A stretch of DNA of 64,000 nt from Eledone cirrhosa (GCA_964016885.1 OZ024746.1:9796001-9860000), one strand, 5' to 3'. Shown: positions 39,060-52,778, counted from the first letter of the stretch. The notes: a model not told the origin generated them from the sequence alone. A program made the numbers and translations.

Positions 39060-40349
39060 AAAGTTGGCACGTGATGGCTGAGCTGTTGCCATTTCAACAA
39101 CTAATTTTAGACTGAAACAGCAGGATCTCAGCTGTTGGGCCCCAACTCTTTCTAATATAGTCATACCCTACTATTCCAAGTATCAAGTACTCTGTTGAAT
39201 AATGGTCTAAGTAGTTTCGAATGAAGGTGGATGTTAGTCAATTAAATAAACCTTAGTACATGACTGGTAATATATTTTGTTGATCCCAAAAATATGAAAG
39301 GCAAAGTTGAGCTCAGTGGAATTCAAACACAGAAGCTGAAGCAAATATTACCAAGCATATTCTCCAGGTTTCTAACCATTCTTCCAGCCCCCTTCTCTCA
39401 ACTAATCAGTCATAGTTGTTTCTACATTTGGCACAAGGCCACCAATTTGGAAGGGAAAGGCAAAATCGACCCTAGTGCATTACTGGTACTTTATTTTATT
39501 GACTTTGTACAGATGAAAAGCAAAGCTAACCTTGGTGGGATTTGAACTCAGAGAGGGTTGTAACTGTATGCTGCAAAGCGTTTTGTCTGACACCCTGCCA
39601 ATGCACTGCTCTCAAATAATCAGTAATAATAATAATATATTTATACCCTTTTGATACCAACACAGTCAAAACTACTTCTGCTTCTGTGAAATAATCATCC
39701 ATTTTAAACGGTTTCTATTTTAATTAAAATCTTCCAACATAATTTAGTAGAGGAACCTTTTGTTATATTGTAAATACCATTAATAAAGAAATAATTTTAG
39801 TATATCCTTATAAATTTGTCATTAACGAATTAAAATAGTCATAAGGAGATAAATATTGGCTGCTGCTGAACACCCACACTGTTACATAATTCAAAGAAAT
39901 ATTTTATAGAAAATGTGCAAACATTTTTCTTTCTATATATGCTATCAGTATTTGAATATATTTTATATACTTATATTTAGTAAAAGAAATTCTATTGTTA
40001 TGTAACTGTCTCAGGCATTAATCTTTTATATAATTGGTTTGATTTTTTTATATTTATATAACTTGTTTTTCAATTGCTTTTCACTTTTTATAACTGATTT
40101 TGGTTTACATAGAGTCTGTAACATTTTCATTGCTCAGCAATTTTCCAAAAAGCTTACACAAAGCTATATTTTTTAAATATAAATCAGAATAATTTTTATT
40201 TTTCCTTTTATTCCTATCTTGGTATATTTATTCATAAACCATTTGAACTTCAGAGCTTCACTAATATTGAAGTAATCAACCAAATGTGGTACCTAATTTT
40301 GTCTTCACACAAAAACTATATGCCCTTGGCATCATTATGAGATCTGGTA

Positions 40350-40579
40350 GAAAATGTAAGAGTCCCAAATGCAGAAATAACTGTAATAACAGCCAGTCAC
40401 TATAAATAATAGGTGAGAAAATTGGGTAAATTACATTTAGAAACAGAAAAAAGTGGACAGAGACACCTCTGTCCACTTTTTTCTGTCTCTAAATGTAATT
40501 TACCCAATTTTTACAACTATTATTTATAGTGACTGGCTGTTATTACAGTTATTTCTGCATTTGGAACTCTCACATTTTC
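40350..40579. repeat. Inverted repeat, about 113-bp arms, 4-nt loop
   Basis: ...aaaaaagtggacagag-acac-ctctgtccactttttt... Confidence 0.9.
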
Positions 40580-40752
40580 AAATTGTAACAGATAAAGTAA
40601 ATCCTTATATAGCTCTAAAATAATTAGAATACTTTTAATCATATAAGCCTTCTTGACAAAGGTTGATCTGTGGATAAACAGCAACAACAACAACAACTAT
40701 ATACAGTGTTGTTGTTGCTGTTGTTGTTACAGCTCCTACTTGTACAGATCCC

Positions 40753-40910
40753 ACTTACCTCCCAGAAGGCTGCATTTCATAGGCCGTATCTTGAGTAATT
40801 TAATGATAGGGACCCCAGACCTAGAATGTCAACTTACCTCCCAGAAGGCTGCATTTCATAGGCCATATCTTGGGTAATTTAATGATAGGGACCCCAGTCC
40901 TAGAATGTCA
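40753..40910. repeat. 79-bp tandem duplication
   Basis: acttacctcccagaaggctgc...ctagaatgtca at 40753 and 40832. Confidence 0.9.
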
Positions 40911-41226
40911 CCATTTTTCCAGTGGCAGGTGATAGGATTTGAACTCATAACATAAAGTCAGAATACTACACCACATTCTATCCAATTCTCAAACAATTTT
41001 GCCGACCCACTTCTCTGTGCTGATACTTTATCAATCCTGGAAGGATAAAAGGCAAAGTTAACTCTGGAAGGATTTGAAGTGATGGAACAAATACCCGAAG
41101 GCCTATAATTCAAAGACAAATGGCTCTACTACTTCACCACTTTCATATATATATACACACAGATATATATCATCATCATCATCATTTAACGTCCATTTTC
41201 CACGCTTGCATATATATATATATATA

Positions 41227-41322
<96 letters not shown>

Positions 41323-41334
41323 TGTGTATGGAGA

Positions 41335-41566
41335 TGGAGGCACATGGCTTAGTGGTTAGAGCATTGGCCTTGCAATCGAAAGGTTGTGAGTTCAATTCCC
41401 AGACCGGGTGATGTGTTGTTTCCTTGAACAAGACACTTTATTTCACATTGCTCCAGTTTACTCAGCTGTAGAAATGAGATGATAGGGACTGGGGTCTCTA
41501 TCATTCCACTGCAAAGTGGTCGTGGAGGTGCCATGGCAAAAAAGCACCCAGCACTCACTGTAAATG
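41335..41566 (+). mobile_element. SINE family B, 3'-truncated
   Basis: tggcttagtggttagagc A-box and gagttcaattc B-box. Confidence 0.85.
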
Positions 41567-42281
41567 ACTAGACCCCACAACTAAACATAGATATTTCTGT
41601 TTATATATATATATATATATATATGCATTCCACTTTTTCAATTATTTGTATATGTATATATATATATGTGTGTGTGCGTGTATATATATACACATATATA
41701 TGAAAATGGTGAAGATGCACACACAGATAGACACACACATGTATTTATATATATATATATATACATGTGTGTAGGGGGTCTTTGTCTGTGTGTTGTGTGT
41801 CTGAGTCAGTGTCTCTCTCTCTCTGTGTATGTGTAACTATTTTTCCATCGCCCACCTTTCGTACAAGTAACCCCCCCCCCACCTCCTCGTCTATTTCACT
41901 CCACTTACCATCTCTTGCCATCAGTTTTGAGTCGCTCCTTGCTCTCTTTTTCCCCCTTAATTCTCATTAAGAAACAAACCATGAAGTGTGCTGGAGAATG
42001 CCGCTTCAGGCATTAAACATAAGGCCTTCAGCAACAATTAGAATTGTGCTTTTCCAATGAGATATTTGTGATTATCAAATTTGTTTGTTTTTTTTTGTTA
42101 TCTTTTGGTTCATTATGTTTTATTTGTTTCTGATTTTTGAGGTTTATCTTTGTTTGCTTTCTTTTGTTTAATTTAGATTTTATGTTTATAATTTTTGTTT
42201 CATTACTACTTTACTTTCCTCCTTTAAATTATATTATATATGAGACTATGTCTATATATATATATATATATATGTATGTAG

Positions 42282-42382
<101 letters not shown>

Positions 42383-42591
42383 GATAGATATATATATATG
42401 TATATAAATATGTATATATATATATATATGTATGTATGTATATATAGATAGATAGATATATATATGTATATAAATATGTATATATATATATATATGTATA
42501 TATACATAGATATATATATATATGTATGTATATATAGATAGATATATATATGTATATATATATATATATATTATATATATATATGTATATA

Positions 42592-42643
<52 letters not shown>

Positions 42644-42644
<1 letters not shown>

Positions 42645-42996
42645 GGAGGCACATGGCTTAGTGGTTAGAGCATTGGCCTTGCAATCGAAAGGTTGTGAGT
42701 TCAATTCTCAGACCGAGTGATGTGTTGTGTCCTTGAGCAAGACACTTTATTTCACATTGCTCCAGTTTACTCAGCTGTAGAAATGAGATGGTAGGGACTG
42801 GGGTCCCTATCATTCCACTGTAAAGTGGTCGTGGAGGTGCCACGGCAAAAAAGCACCCAGCACTCACTGTATATGAGGTTGGTGTTAGGAAGGGCATCCA
42901 GCTGTAGAAATCAAGCCAGAATCAGTTCCCATCCCACCCTTGCAAGCAGGGAAAAAGCGGACGTAAAATGAAATGAAATGATGAAATGAAATGATG
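42644..42996 (+). mobile_element. SINE family B, full length
   Basis: tRNA-like head, tgtccttgagcaagacact core, gggac-tggg-gtccc hairpin, ggaagggcatccagctgtag domain and RTE-like tail. Confidence 0.9.
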
Positions 42997-43001
42997 ATAT
43001 A

Positions 43002-43051
<50 letters not shown>

Positions 43052-43052
43052 T

Positions 43053-43107
43053 ATGTAAGTATGTGTGTATACGTACATACATATATGTATACAGACGTAC
43101 AGTAGCA

Positions 43108-43153
<46 letters not shown>

Positions 43154-43410
43154 CATATATATATATACATACAGGTACACATACATATATGCACGTATCA
43201 GTTTAGCAGACGCTGATGATAGCTAACAAGCTTGAAACTAGTACATCGTTCCTGTGTCAGTGTTGAACAAAAAGGTGACGTGGTTGCCTTAACACCGTAC
43301 GGCATAAAAATTCAGTTTGTTTACAAACGAACAAAGCGGCGTTATAATAAGCATCTGCTAAACTGATACGTGCATATATGTATGTGTACCTGTATGTATA
43401 TATATATATG

Positions 43411-43446
<36 letters not shown>

Positions 43447-43560
43447 TGCTACTGTACGTCTGTATACATATATGTATGTACGTATACACACATACTTACA
43501 TTTAAGTAAGTGCCGTACTAAGAGTGAGAAATTAAATTTCGTTTTCATTTTTTTTCAACT
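43053..43560. mobile_element. Fold-back element family H5 in (TA)n
   Basis: Inverted arms at about 43053-43213 and 43350-43501, a spacer of about 135 bp, and a unique tail. Confidence 0.85.
43209..43247 (+). ncRNA. Minimal hammerhead motif (H5)
   Basis: gacg-CTGATGA-tagc-taacaa-gctt-GAAA-ctag-TA-catc, with stem III palindrome ACTAGT. The inverted arm keeps gatg, which pairs fully with catc. Confidence 0.65.
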
Positions 43561-43585
43561 ATATATATATGTATATATATATATA

Positions 43586-43781
43586 TTAGAAAGTAAGCTT
43601 TTTTTTACAAAATAAAAAATAACCGAGTGAAAGTATAAGGGAAAAAGATGAAATCGAAAATGCAACTGGAGTCTTATTTTTTTTTTAAAATATATATTTA
43701 TTTGGTTCCTTTACCGGTTTCACAGTTCTTCTGCTTTTCAAAAGCAGAGTTGAGATGGAGGGTCTGTGGTTTTTCTCACAT
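43586..43781 (-). mobile_element. Element family H2, copy 3 (hammerhead at 43708-43745 on -)
   Basis: Homologous to 7951-8153. Stem II closes with G-U (gcag/ctgt). Confidence 0.8.
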
Positions 43782-43856
43782 ATATATATGTATAGATATA
43801 TATATACACATATATATATACATATATGTATATATATATATATATTTATATATATG

Positions 43857-43906
<50 letters not shown>

Positions 43907-43928
43907 GTATGTGTATATATATACACAC

Positions 43929-44020
<92 letters not shown>

Positions 44021-44044
44021 GGAGAGAGAGAGCGACCGAGATAC

Positions 44045-44125
<81 letters not shown>

Positions 44126-44183
44126 GATAAAATGGCGTAGGATAGAAGAAAGGAAAGGCACAGAAACGAAGAAAGAAATCCCC

Positions 44184-44228
44184 AGTCACTGAAGAGGTCA
44201 CAGAGTGTGTGACGAAAGAACTATGACT
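44184..44228 (+). ncRNA. Hammerhead motif (H6), slightly degenerate
   Basis: agtca-CTGAAGA-g-gtcaca-gagtg-tgtgac-GAAA-gaac-TA-tgact. Confidence 0.6.
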
Positions 44229-44488
44229 ATATATATATAAACAACTATCTGGTTGTGGAACCAACCAACCAACCAGAAATTTATAAATTTGTAAATTTAT
44301 AAATATATATTAAATTAAATTGAAGTGAAAGCAACTGGTGCGTGTGTTTCTTATTGGCAACATGACCCTCCCAAAGTATAACAATATCGGTTTCAACACA
44401 CGATTTCAGATAAAGAATCTTGCTAAACAAATTCAGAAACGAAATATATAGATACATATATATATATATTCATATATATCTATATATC

Positions 44489-44520
<32 letters not shown>

Positions 44521-44668
44521 TATTTATATATATGTATATATATATATTATATATATATTACATATATATGTATATATATATATTATATATATATAAATAT
44601 TATATATATATATTACATATATCGATATTATATATATATATATATATTACATATATTACATATATATG

Positions 44669-44699
<31 letters not shown>

Positions 44700-44777
44700 T
44701 ACATATATATAGATATATATTACATATATATATAGATATATATATACATATATATTTATATATATATATATATATAG

Positions 44778-44812
<35 letters not shown>

Positions 44813-44924
44813 GATATATATATAAAGCACACATGTGTGTATGTATGTAGTATGTATGTGTGTGTATGTATGTTTGTATGTATGAATGTATGGCTCTATA
44901 TAAAACTCACATGTGTATATATAC

Positions 44925-45027
<103 letters not shown>

Positions 45028-45629
45028 ATCTCTTCAGACGTCTCATATCTAGTGTTTGTTTTATGTTTTGTTTACATTTCCTTTTATCATTTGTAGATAT
45101 TCTGATATTCTGCTGTTTTATGTTACGATTGCATCCAATTATAATTTTCATTAAGTCCTAGTGTGGTCAGATATTAATGATGTTAACGGAGCTCTACTCA
45201 TATAATGAATGCTTCCTTTAAGACTATAACAGCCAATAATTTCAGTTTGTTACCAAAATTTCAAGTGACTAATAACATTCTTATACTAAACACCTGGAAC
45301 ACTGAAAATATACTTCACTGTTTCAGATAAGATTTCTGTTGTGTGTGTGTATGTGTATGTAAGATTGTGTGTGTGTTTATTGCATAATGAATTACTGTGG
45401 ATGACAGCATGGCTGATAGGTTAAGGGGTTTGCCTCACAATCATGAGATCCTTGATTCAATCCCTTTGTATGACATTTAGGGCAAATGTCTTATACCAGA
45501 GTCTCAGGCTATTTTGTCTTACTAATTTGCAGAGATCTCTCCTAAATTGTTGTGACAGTATGAATTCCACTAAATTCACCCAAAAGCCATGTTAAATAGG
45601 ATGACTGATTAAGTTTGTTATTTAAGAGC

Positions 45630-45825
45630 AGTGAATTGGCATATTTGGTACAGTATTGGACAAAATTCTTTATGGCTTAGAATTCCAATCCCACTGAGGT
45701 TAGCTTTGCCTTTCATCCTTACGGTGTTGATAAAATAAAGTACCTGTAAGGCACTGGGGTCAAATTAATTGACTTTCTCCTTCCCATAAAGTTGTTGGCT
45801 TTGTGTCTAAATCAGAAACCATTAC
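45630..45825 (+). mobile_element. SINE family A, long subtype (others at about 47525-47710 + and 51768-51987 -)
   Basis: Family A core with an extra ggggtcgatttaatcgactttcc segment. Confidence 0.7.
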
Positions 45826-46659
45826 TTAAGTTGTCCTCAAAGAGATTTGAACTCAGAATGCCAAGAGCTGAAAAAATGCTGCAACAATTCCATTGATCCA
45901 TCACCCTGGAATGGTACTTTTATTAATAAATTAAATATAATTCATCTTGTATTTTATGGCATCATCATCAGCAACATCATCTTAAATCTGTATTTCGATC
46001 ATTCTTTTTTTTTTTTTTTTTTTGTCATTCTGGCACGTATTTAATGGATCTCTCAGCATCTTGCCATTTATTCTTCATCATCCAACATACATTGATACCT
46101 TCCTCTCTCCTTCCCACCTATCTCAAAGGTTCCCAAAATTGTCATGGACACCACACTCCCTCTCTGACTAAATAGTAAAGAAATAAAATATTTTTTCTGA
46201 CTAAGCTGTAAAAAAGAATATTCCAATATTACAATATTAACTGTTTTATAATTGGTCATTAATCTTACTGGAGTTGCATCCTTCTTTCTGACACCTCATA
46301 GAGGTAAACTAATGATGCTGTTATGAAGGAAATAGAATCCAGATTAATGGTTATGGGGATATTTACAGGGATGTTGATGATGATAATCGTAACTATTAGG
46401 AGGTGAAGAAATATAATGTTGTGGTAGGAATGAAGATGATAATATTGATAATGACAATAGTGAGAATAACGATGGTAATAATGATGAAAGTATGAGAAAA
46501 GGAATTAGGAAGAGTTAAAAAGGCAAGAAAGATAGATGCTTGGTGGCCTTAACAAAAACATCATCATTGATATCGCCATCATGAGCAGCAACAGCAGCAG
46601 CAGCAACATTTTATGATAACAAACATGATATTGATTATAATTAATGTTGAATATAATGA

Positions 46660-46918
46660 TAATTGTTTCTACTTTTGGCACAAGGCCAGCAATTACCCCA
46701 GTGTATTACTGGTACTTTATTTTGAAATTGAATATAATGATAATTGTTTCTACTTTAGACACAAGGCCAGCAATTACCCAGTGCATTACTGGTACTTTAT
46801 TTTTATCGACCCTGTAAGGATGAAAGGTAAAGTCAACCTCGGCTGGATTTGAACTCAGATTGTAAAGGGACGTAACTATGCTGGAAAGCATGGTGTCCGA
46901 CCCTCTACCGATACTGCA
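46660..46918 (-). mobile_element. Two tandem SINE family A copies
   Basis: ttgaatataatgataattgtttctac repeated at 46647 and 46728. Confidence 0.85.
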
Positions 46919-47929
46919 ATGATAATGAATGGTAATAATAATAATGTTAATGATTCTAAGATGGATAGGGGATGAAAATGATGATAATGTTTGTGGTAGA
47001 GAAATACTAAGGTGGGGTTGGAAGGGTGCTGTCAGTGTTATATTATAGTTAACCATGGATTCCTCTATGTTCACATGAGGGACTCTTTATGCAGTCGCTC
47101 GATCTGCTAGAAATAACAACCAAATTCCATCAAATCAGACCTTGCTATCTTAAATAAATAAGGTCATATTTGGCAATGTAGTCCTACATGTAAAAATAAA
47201 AAAGACAGGATGGCCACAATAAGGCTAAGCAACAACAACTCAGCTCACTTCAAGCCAGCATATGTTACTCCTTGTGGTCAGTCAATCTACTAGAAATTGC
47301 AGCCAAAGGACTCACTTGATAATGCAGCCCTAGATAGGGTAGTCATGGCTGGTCACCTTTGATTCGTTTGATATAAAACCACCTGAAACTGCCCTGGATT
47401 TATGATAAAATAAAAGTTTGCTTGTTCTTTCCATCATAATTTTCTTTTAGAAATTGTTAAGTAATGTTCTAAATACCAGCTTACTGATGAAAGGGTTAAT
47501 TATTTTATTGAATCCTCCAAATTTTTGGCAGTATTGGTAGAACATTGAACAGCATGCTTTGTGGCATAGAGTTTCTGCCCTTTATGTTCTAAGTTCAAAT
47601 CCCTCCGAGGTTAGCTTTGCCTTTCATCCTTACGGGGTCGATAAAATCACTGAGGTCGATTTAATCGACTTTCCCCTCCCCCAAAATTGTTGGCCTTGTA
47701 CCTAAATCAAACTGAGTTCAAATCCCGCCGAGGTTAACTTTGTCTTTCATCCTTACGGGGTCGATAAAATAAAGTACCAGTAATACACTGGGTAATTGCT
47801 GGCCTTGTGCCAAATGTAGAAACAATTATTACTTTCATCATCACCATCAATATTATTCATTCCATGAAAGATTATATTTGGAGGAGAGGATGTGAAGGGT
47901 CAGGAGGGAGTGCTAGAGATATAGATAAC

Positions 47930-48096
47930 TGTTTCTAATTTTGGCAATTATCCCAGTGTATTACTGGTACTTTATTTTATCAACCCTGTAAGGTTGAAAG
48001 GCAAAGTGAACCTCAGAGGTTCACTTTTGCCATAACTCTTTGCTGCAAAGCATGCTGTCAGACCCTCTATCAATACTGCCAATCCCCTGCCCTTAC
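47930..48096 (-). mobile_element. SINE family A with 13-bp TSD
   Basis: agatatagataac at 47917-47929 and 48097-48109. Confidence 0.8.
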
Positions 48097-48437
48097 AGAT
48101 ATAGATAACACTAATTATATAGTATCAGTAGTCTGTATACACCAACCAAATCTGCTGCTCTACTTGCCCCTACCTATTCATTTTCCCTTCAACTTAAGGA
48201 AGCCCTTTCACACACACACACACACTAACATCAGTATCTGTTCAGGACTTAAGATATATGGGTGTGTGAGGGGTTAACATGCTACCATTGCATTCCTTTA
48301 CTGATGCTGCCAGGTAGGCATGGCAACAGGAGGAAGAGACAACCGAAAGAGGTTTTTAATAAAGTGAGAGAGGAATAAAATAAAAAAAATATTCTGACAT
48401 AAAAAAGAAATTCCGAAAAAATTGAAAGTATAAAAGA

Positions 48438-48885
48438 AGTAGTAGTAGTAGTAGTGGTAGTGGTAGTGGTAGTGGTAGTGGGAGGAGTAGTAGTGGTGGT
48501 AGTGGTAGTGGTGGTAGTGGTAGTTGTTGCAGTGGTAGTTGTGGTGGTAGTAGTAGTAGTAGTGGTAGTAGTAGTGGTAATAGTGGTAGTGCTGGTAGTA
48601 GTTGTTGCAGTAGTAGTGGTAGTTGTGCTAGTGGTGGTGGTGGTAGTAATAGTAGTGGTAGTAGTGATAGTAGTGGTGGTGGTGGTGGTGGTAGTAGTAG
48701 TAGTAGTGGTAGTAGTGGTAGTAGTAGTAGTGGTAGTAGTGGTAGTAGTGGTAGTAGTTGTAGTAGTGGTAGTAGTAGTGGTAGTAGTAGTGGTAGTAGT
48801 AGTGGTAGTAGTAGTAGTTGTAGTAGTAGTAGTAGTAGTTGTAGTAGTTGTAGTAGTTGTAGTAGTGGTAGTAGTGGTGGTAGCA
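48438..48885. repeat. (GTA/GTG)n microsatellite
   Basis: Visible. Confidence 0.95.
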
Positions 48886-49021
48886 GCAGGAGGGGGAGGA
48901 ATACTAACAGGTCCTCTGATGATTCTCTCAGAAACAGATGGCTGAGAAAAGAATCATGACAATTCAGTATAAATATATTATTTGAAACAGCATTTATATA
49001 CTTTGTAACAGTGACACACAC

Positions 49022-49089
<68 letters not shown>

Positions 49090-49134
49090 CTTCTCTCTCC
49101 TATCTCTCTCTCTCCATATATATATATATATATA

Positions 49135-49293
49135 TCATCATCATCATCATCATCGTTAAACGTCCATGTTCCACGCTTGCATGGGTTTGGACGGGAGTTT
49201 TCCCACTTGAGGCAAGAGTGGTTGTCTTGCTCGCATACTACTGTCTGGCAGGTTTTCTACAGTTGGATGCCCTTCCTAACACCAACCACATTT
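49135..49293 (-). mobile_element. Family D 3' fragment
   Basis: Reverse complement of about 17076-17234. Confidence 0.8.
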
Positions 49294-49316
49294 ATATATA
49301 TATATATATATATATA

Positions 49317-49616
49317 TGGAGACACATGGCTTGCTGGTTCGATCATTGGCCTTACAATCGAAAGGTTGTGAGTTCAATTCTGTGACTGGGTGATGTGTTG
49401 TTTCCTTGAGCAAGACACTTTATTTCCCATTGCTCCAGTTTACTCAGCTGTAAAGTGGACGTGGAGGCGCCACGGAAAAAAAGCAGCCAGCACTCACTGT
49501 AAATGAGGTTGGTGTTAGGAAGGGCATCCAGCTGTAGAAATCAAGCCAGAACCAGTTCCCGTCCCACCCTTGCAAGCAGGGAAGAGCGGACATATGATGA
49601 TGATGATGATGATGAT
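49317..49616 (+). mobile_element. SINE family B with internal deletion
   Basis: Matches 42644-42996 but lacks the gggactggggtccc segment. Confidence 0.85.
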
Positions 49617-49798
49617 ATATACACATGGAGAAGGCATTATTCGAATAATTAAGAAGTATGATATTAATTGAAAAAGAAATGAGACTGCTATAGTCATCTT
49701 ATAAGTGTTGAAGACTTGGATATATATATCGTCATTTTATATCTACTTTGCACACTGGCACGGGTTGGACTATATATATCATCATTATCATCATTGTT

Positions 49799-49985
49799 AA
49801 AGGCGGTGGATTAGCAGTATCGGTAGAGGGTCGGACGCCATGCTTTCCAGCATAGTTACGTCCCTTTACGATCTGAGTTCAAATCCCGCCGAGGTTGACT
49901 TTGCCTTTCATCCTTACGGGGTCGATAAAATAAAGTACCAGTAATGCACTGGGTAATTGCTGGCCTTGTGCCTAAAGTAGAAACA
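49799..49985 (+). mobile_element. SINE family A, full length with 15-bp TSD
   Basis: attatcatcattgtt at 49784-49798 and 49986-50000. Nearly identical to 35377-35565. Confidence 0.92.
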
Positions 49986-50393
49986 ATTATCATCATTGTT
50001 TAATGTCCATTTTCCACGCTAGCATGGGTAGGATGGCAGTCCCTTTGTGAGAGATCAGGTCAGGGGACCTTGATTTGCATACATGGAACTATATATAGAG
50101 AGTATTTGTATTGTAGAAGAATCCTTTTGGTAATACAAAACACACAAGTCTTAAATCCGCAGCAGTGCTGTAATGGAAATATGTCCATGACCATGTCATC
50201 AACATGGGGTGAAAATGTTGATAGATGTAAAGGGAATTTAATGGTTTGGCAGTGTTTTTAAATAGCTAAAATGATTCTTCTTCTTTGATTTAATTCCTGT
50301 AGTTTCAACATGTGGTCTCAAATTAAGTCATGTGCCAGACAAATACGTTTTTATATTCATTTTTCCATAAATATTTCTGCCCCTGTTTCTTTG

Positions 50394-50572
50394 CTAGCAG
50401 TATCGGTAGAGAGTCGGACACCATGCTTTGAAGCATAGAGTTACGTCCCTTTATGATCTGAGTTCAAATCCCGCCGAGGTTAACTTTGCCTTTCATCCTT
50501 ACGGGGTCGATAAAATAAAGTACCAGTAATGTACTGGGTAATTGCTGGCCTTGTGCCTAAAATAGAAACAAT
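50394..50572 (+). mobile_element. SINE family A
   Basis: Sequence match to family A. Confidence 0.85.
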
Positions 50573-51378
50573 TTCTTTTTTAGATGCAGTATCATAAGAC
50601 CAGGCTTAACCACTTCTGCCCAAGTCTTTCTTGGTCTTTCATTTCCATAGCTTCCTTCCACTTGGAACTTGTAGAACATTTTTACCCAATATAGATACAT
50701 TCATACACACATACATACATACGCATATATATATACGTATACACATATCTACATATACACATATATTTACATATATATGAGACCTTTTATAAAAACAAAT
50801 TTTCATCAAATGACTTTTAATCAAAACAGCTTTTATTTGAAAATTTGAAACAACTTTTATTGAAATGACTTTTACTTGAATTTTATAGAATAATTTATTT
50901 TTTGTCAACAATCATGTAAAGAAATGACATTACAATACAGTGAAAAAGTGACTACAGAATATAGTTACAACACAAGCAGTTAACGACTGAATAATTAATC
51001 ATCTACTATATATGGTACTTATGAAATTAGTATATCATCATCATTGTTTAACATCCATTTTCCACGCTAGCATGAGTAGGACGGGTTGACCCCTGGGGAG
51101 AGAATCAGGTGAGAGGACCGTGTTTCACTCACCCGGGACTGATTTGGGCTTGGTTTCTACAGCTGGATGTCCTTCCTAATGCCAACTACATTTACAGTGT
51201 GTGCTGGGTGCTTTTAGTTGTGTCACCTACACAACCACTTTACAGTGTGGATTGTGCACTTGTCTTTGCAGAGTGAACGCTGGCTGACGACGACTGCACG
51301 TCTTTCTTTGTTCTCTCTCTCTTTTTTTTTCTTTTTCAGTAGCAAACAACGAGAAAAAAAACATATATATATATATAT

Positions 51379-51737
51379 ACAATATATTAACAAATGGAAA
51401 CTATATTTATAAAACCATATTTATTTCATTATACATATTTCAAGGACACCGAAGCTCCCGGACTATCCGGAAGCTTCCAACCGACACAGTCGCATTCTTT
51501 AAGGGTGTGTCAATATTGTTTATAAAAGTGATCTATATTATATTTTATCTGATGAAAGCGCACCATAATTTGCTTTGGTGTCCTTGAAATATGTATAATG
51601 AAATAAATATGGTTTTATAAATATAGTTTCCATTTGTTAATATATTTTATTTTTACTCCAAAAATTTGTTGAGTGCTTTATATCAGTTATAAAAATATTT
51701 GCTTGTTGTATCCCAACAAATTAAATATAACTTCTAC

Positions 51738-51738
<1 letters not shown>
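51379..51738. mobile_element. Fold-back element family H1, copy 2
   Basis: Same arms and tail as 6880-7258, with the spacer inverted. Confidence 0.85.
51541..51605 (+). ncRNA. Minimal type I hammerhead motif (H1)
   Basis: tattttat-CTGATGA-aagcgcacca-taatttgctt-tggtgtcctt-GAAA-tatgta-TA-atgaaata. Predicted cleavage after 51597. Confidence 0.75.
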
Positions 51739-51768
<30 letters not shown>

Positions 51769-52778
51769 ATGGTTTCTTATATAGGCACAAGGCCAGCAAT
51801 TTTGGGGGAGAGGAAAGTCGATTAAATCGACCCCAGTGCGTGACTGGTACTTTATTTTATCGACCCCGTAAGGATGAAAGCCAAAGTTAACCTCGGTGGG
51901 ATTTGAACTCAGATCATAAACTGCTGTAACTCTATGCTGCAAAACATGGCGTCCAACCCACTACCGATACTGCCAATCCACCGTCCTTATATATATGATT
52001 TCTAATATATATGATGAAAATTATGTACAATGCTCAGGTGCACTACAACTAAAATAATTTAGACAGTACCTGTAGAAATTTTTATAAAATTTATATAAAA
52101 TATTATTCCATATTTAAAATTATTCCTAAATAAAAAGTATTCCACAACATGAAAATTAGCTTTGATAAAATGTTAGTTCAGTTAGAAAGTCACACAATGA
52201 AAATATTTACAGAATTAATCTATGAAAAGTAGTTTCGATAAAAGTTAGTTTGATAAAAAAAATCATTTGATAAAAAGTAATTTCTATACAATATTGCTTT
52301 GAATAAAAGCATTTCACACCATGATATGTGTGTTTATGAGTTTGTGTGTGTGTGTAGCAAAATATGCAACAAGTGGTGAGAGAGCTCTATATCAGCAGAA
52401 AAACTATATATTTACATAATGATATTACAGAGCATTATATCAACTACCATCTAGTTTCATACATGAACAGATTAATATATTAGAGTAGATATATCTCTTT
52501 ATCTGTCTAGTATTCCTCATGCCTTTATTCAACAAATCAAGATACATATCTTAAATAAATTAATCTGTTAGCATTTTAATCCAGATAGTATTAGATATAA
52601 TGTTAGATAACAGTTATGTTTACATATATATATATATATATATATAAATATATATATATATATGTATATATGTATATTTACATGAGAAGTGGGAGTTCAA
52701 CTCCCATGTGTCCTGATACTCATCTTTTTTCCATTCAGTGGGTTTATACGCCCCATTATTAGACTATATTATTTAGTC

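Noticed and set aside
40753-40762. acttacct resembling the U1 snRNA 5' end
   Set aside because: Only 8 nt match and the remainder shows no U1 similarity.
42644-42715. tRNA-like sequence
   Set aside because: No proper acceptor or anticodon stem pairing. It is the head of a multi-copy SINE.
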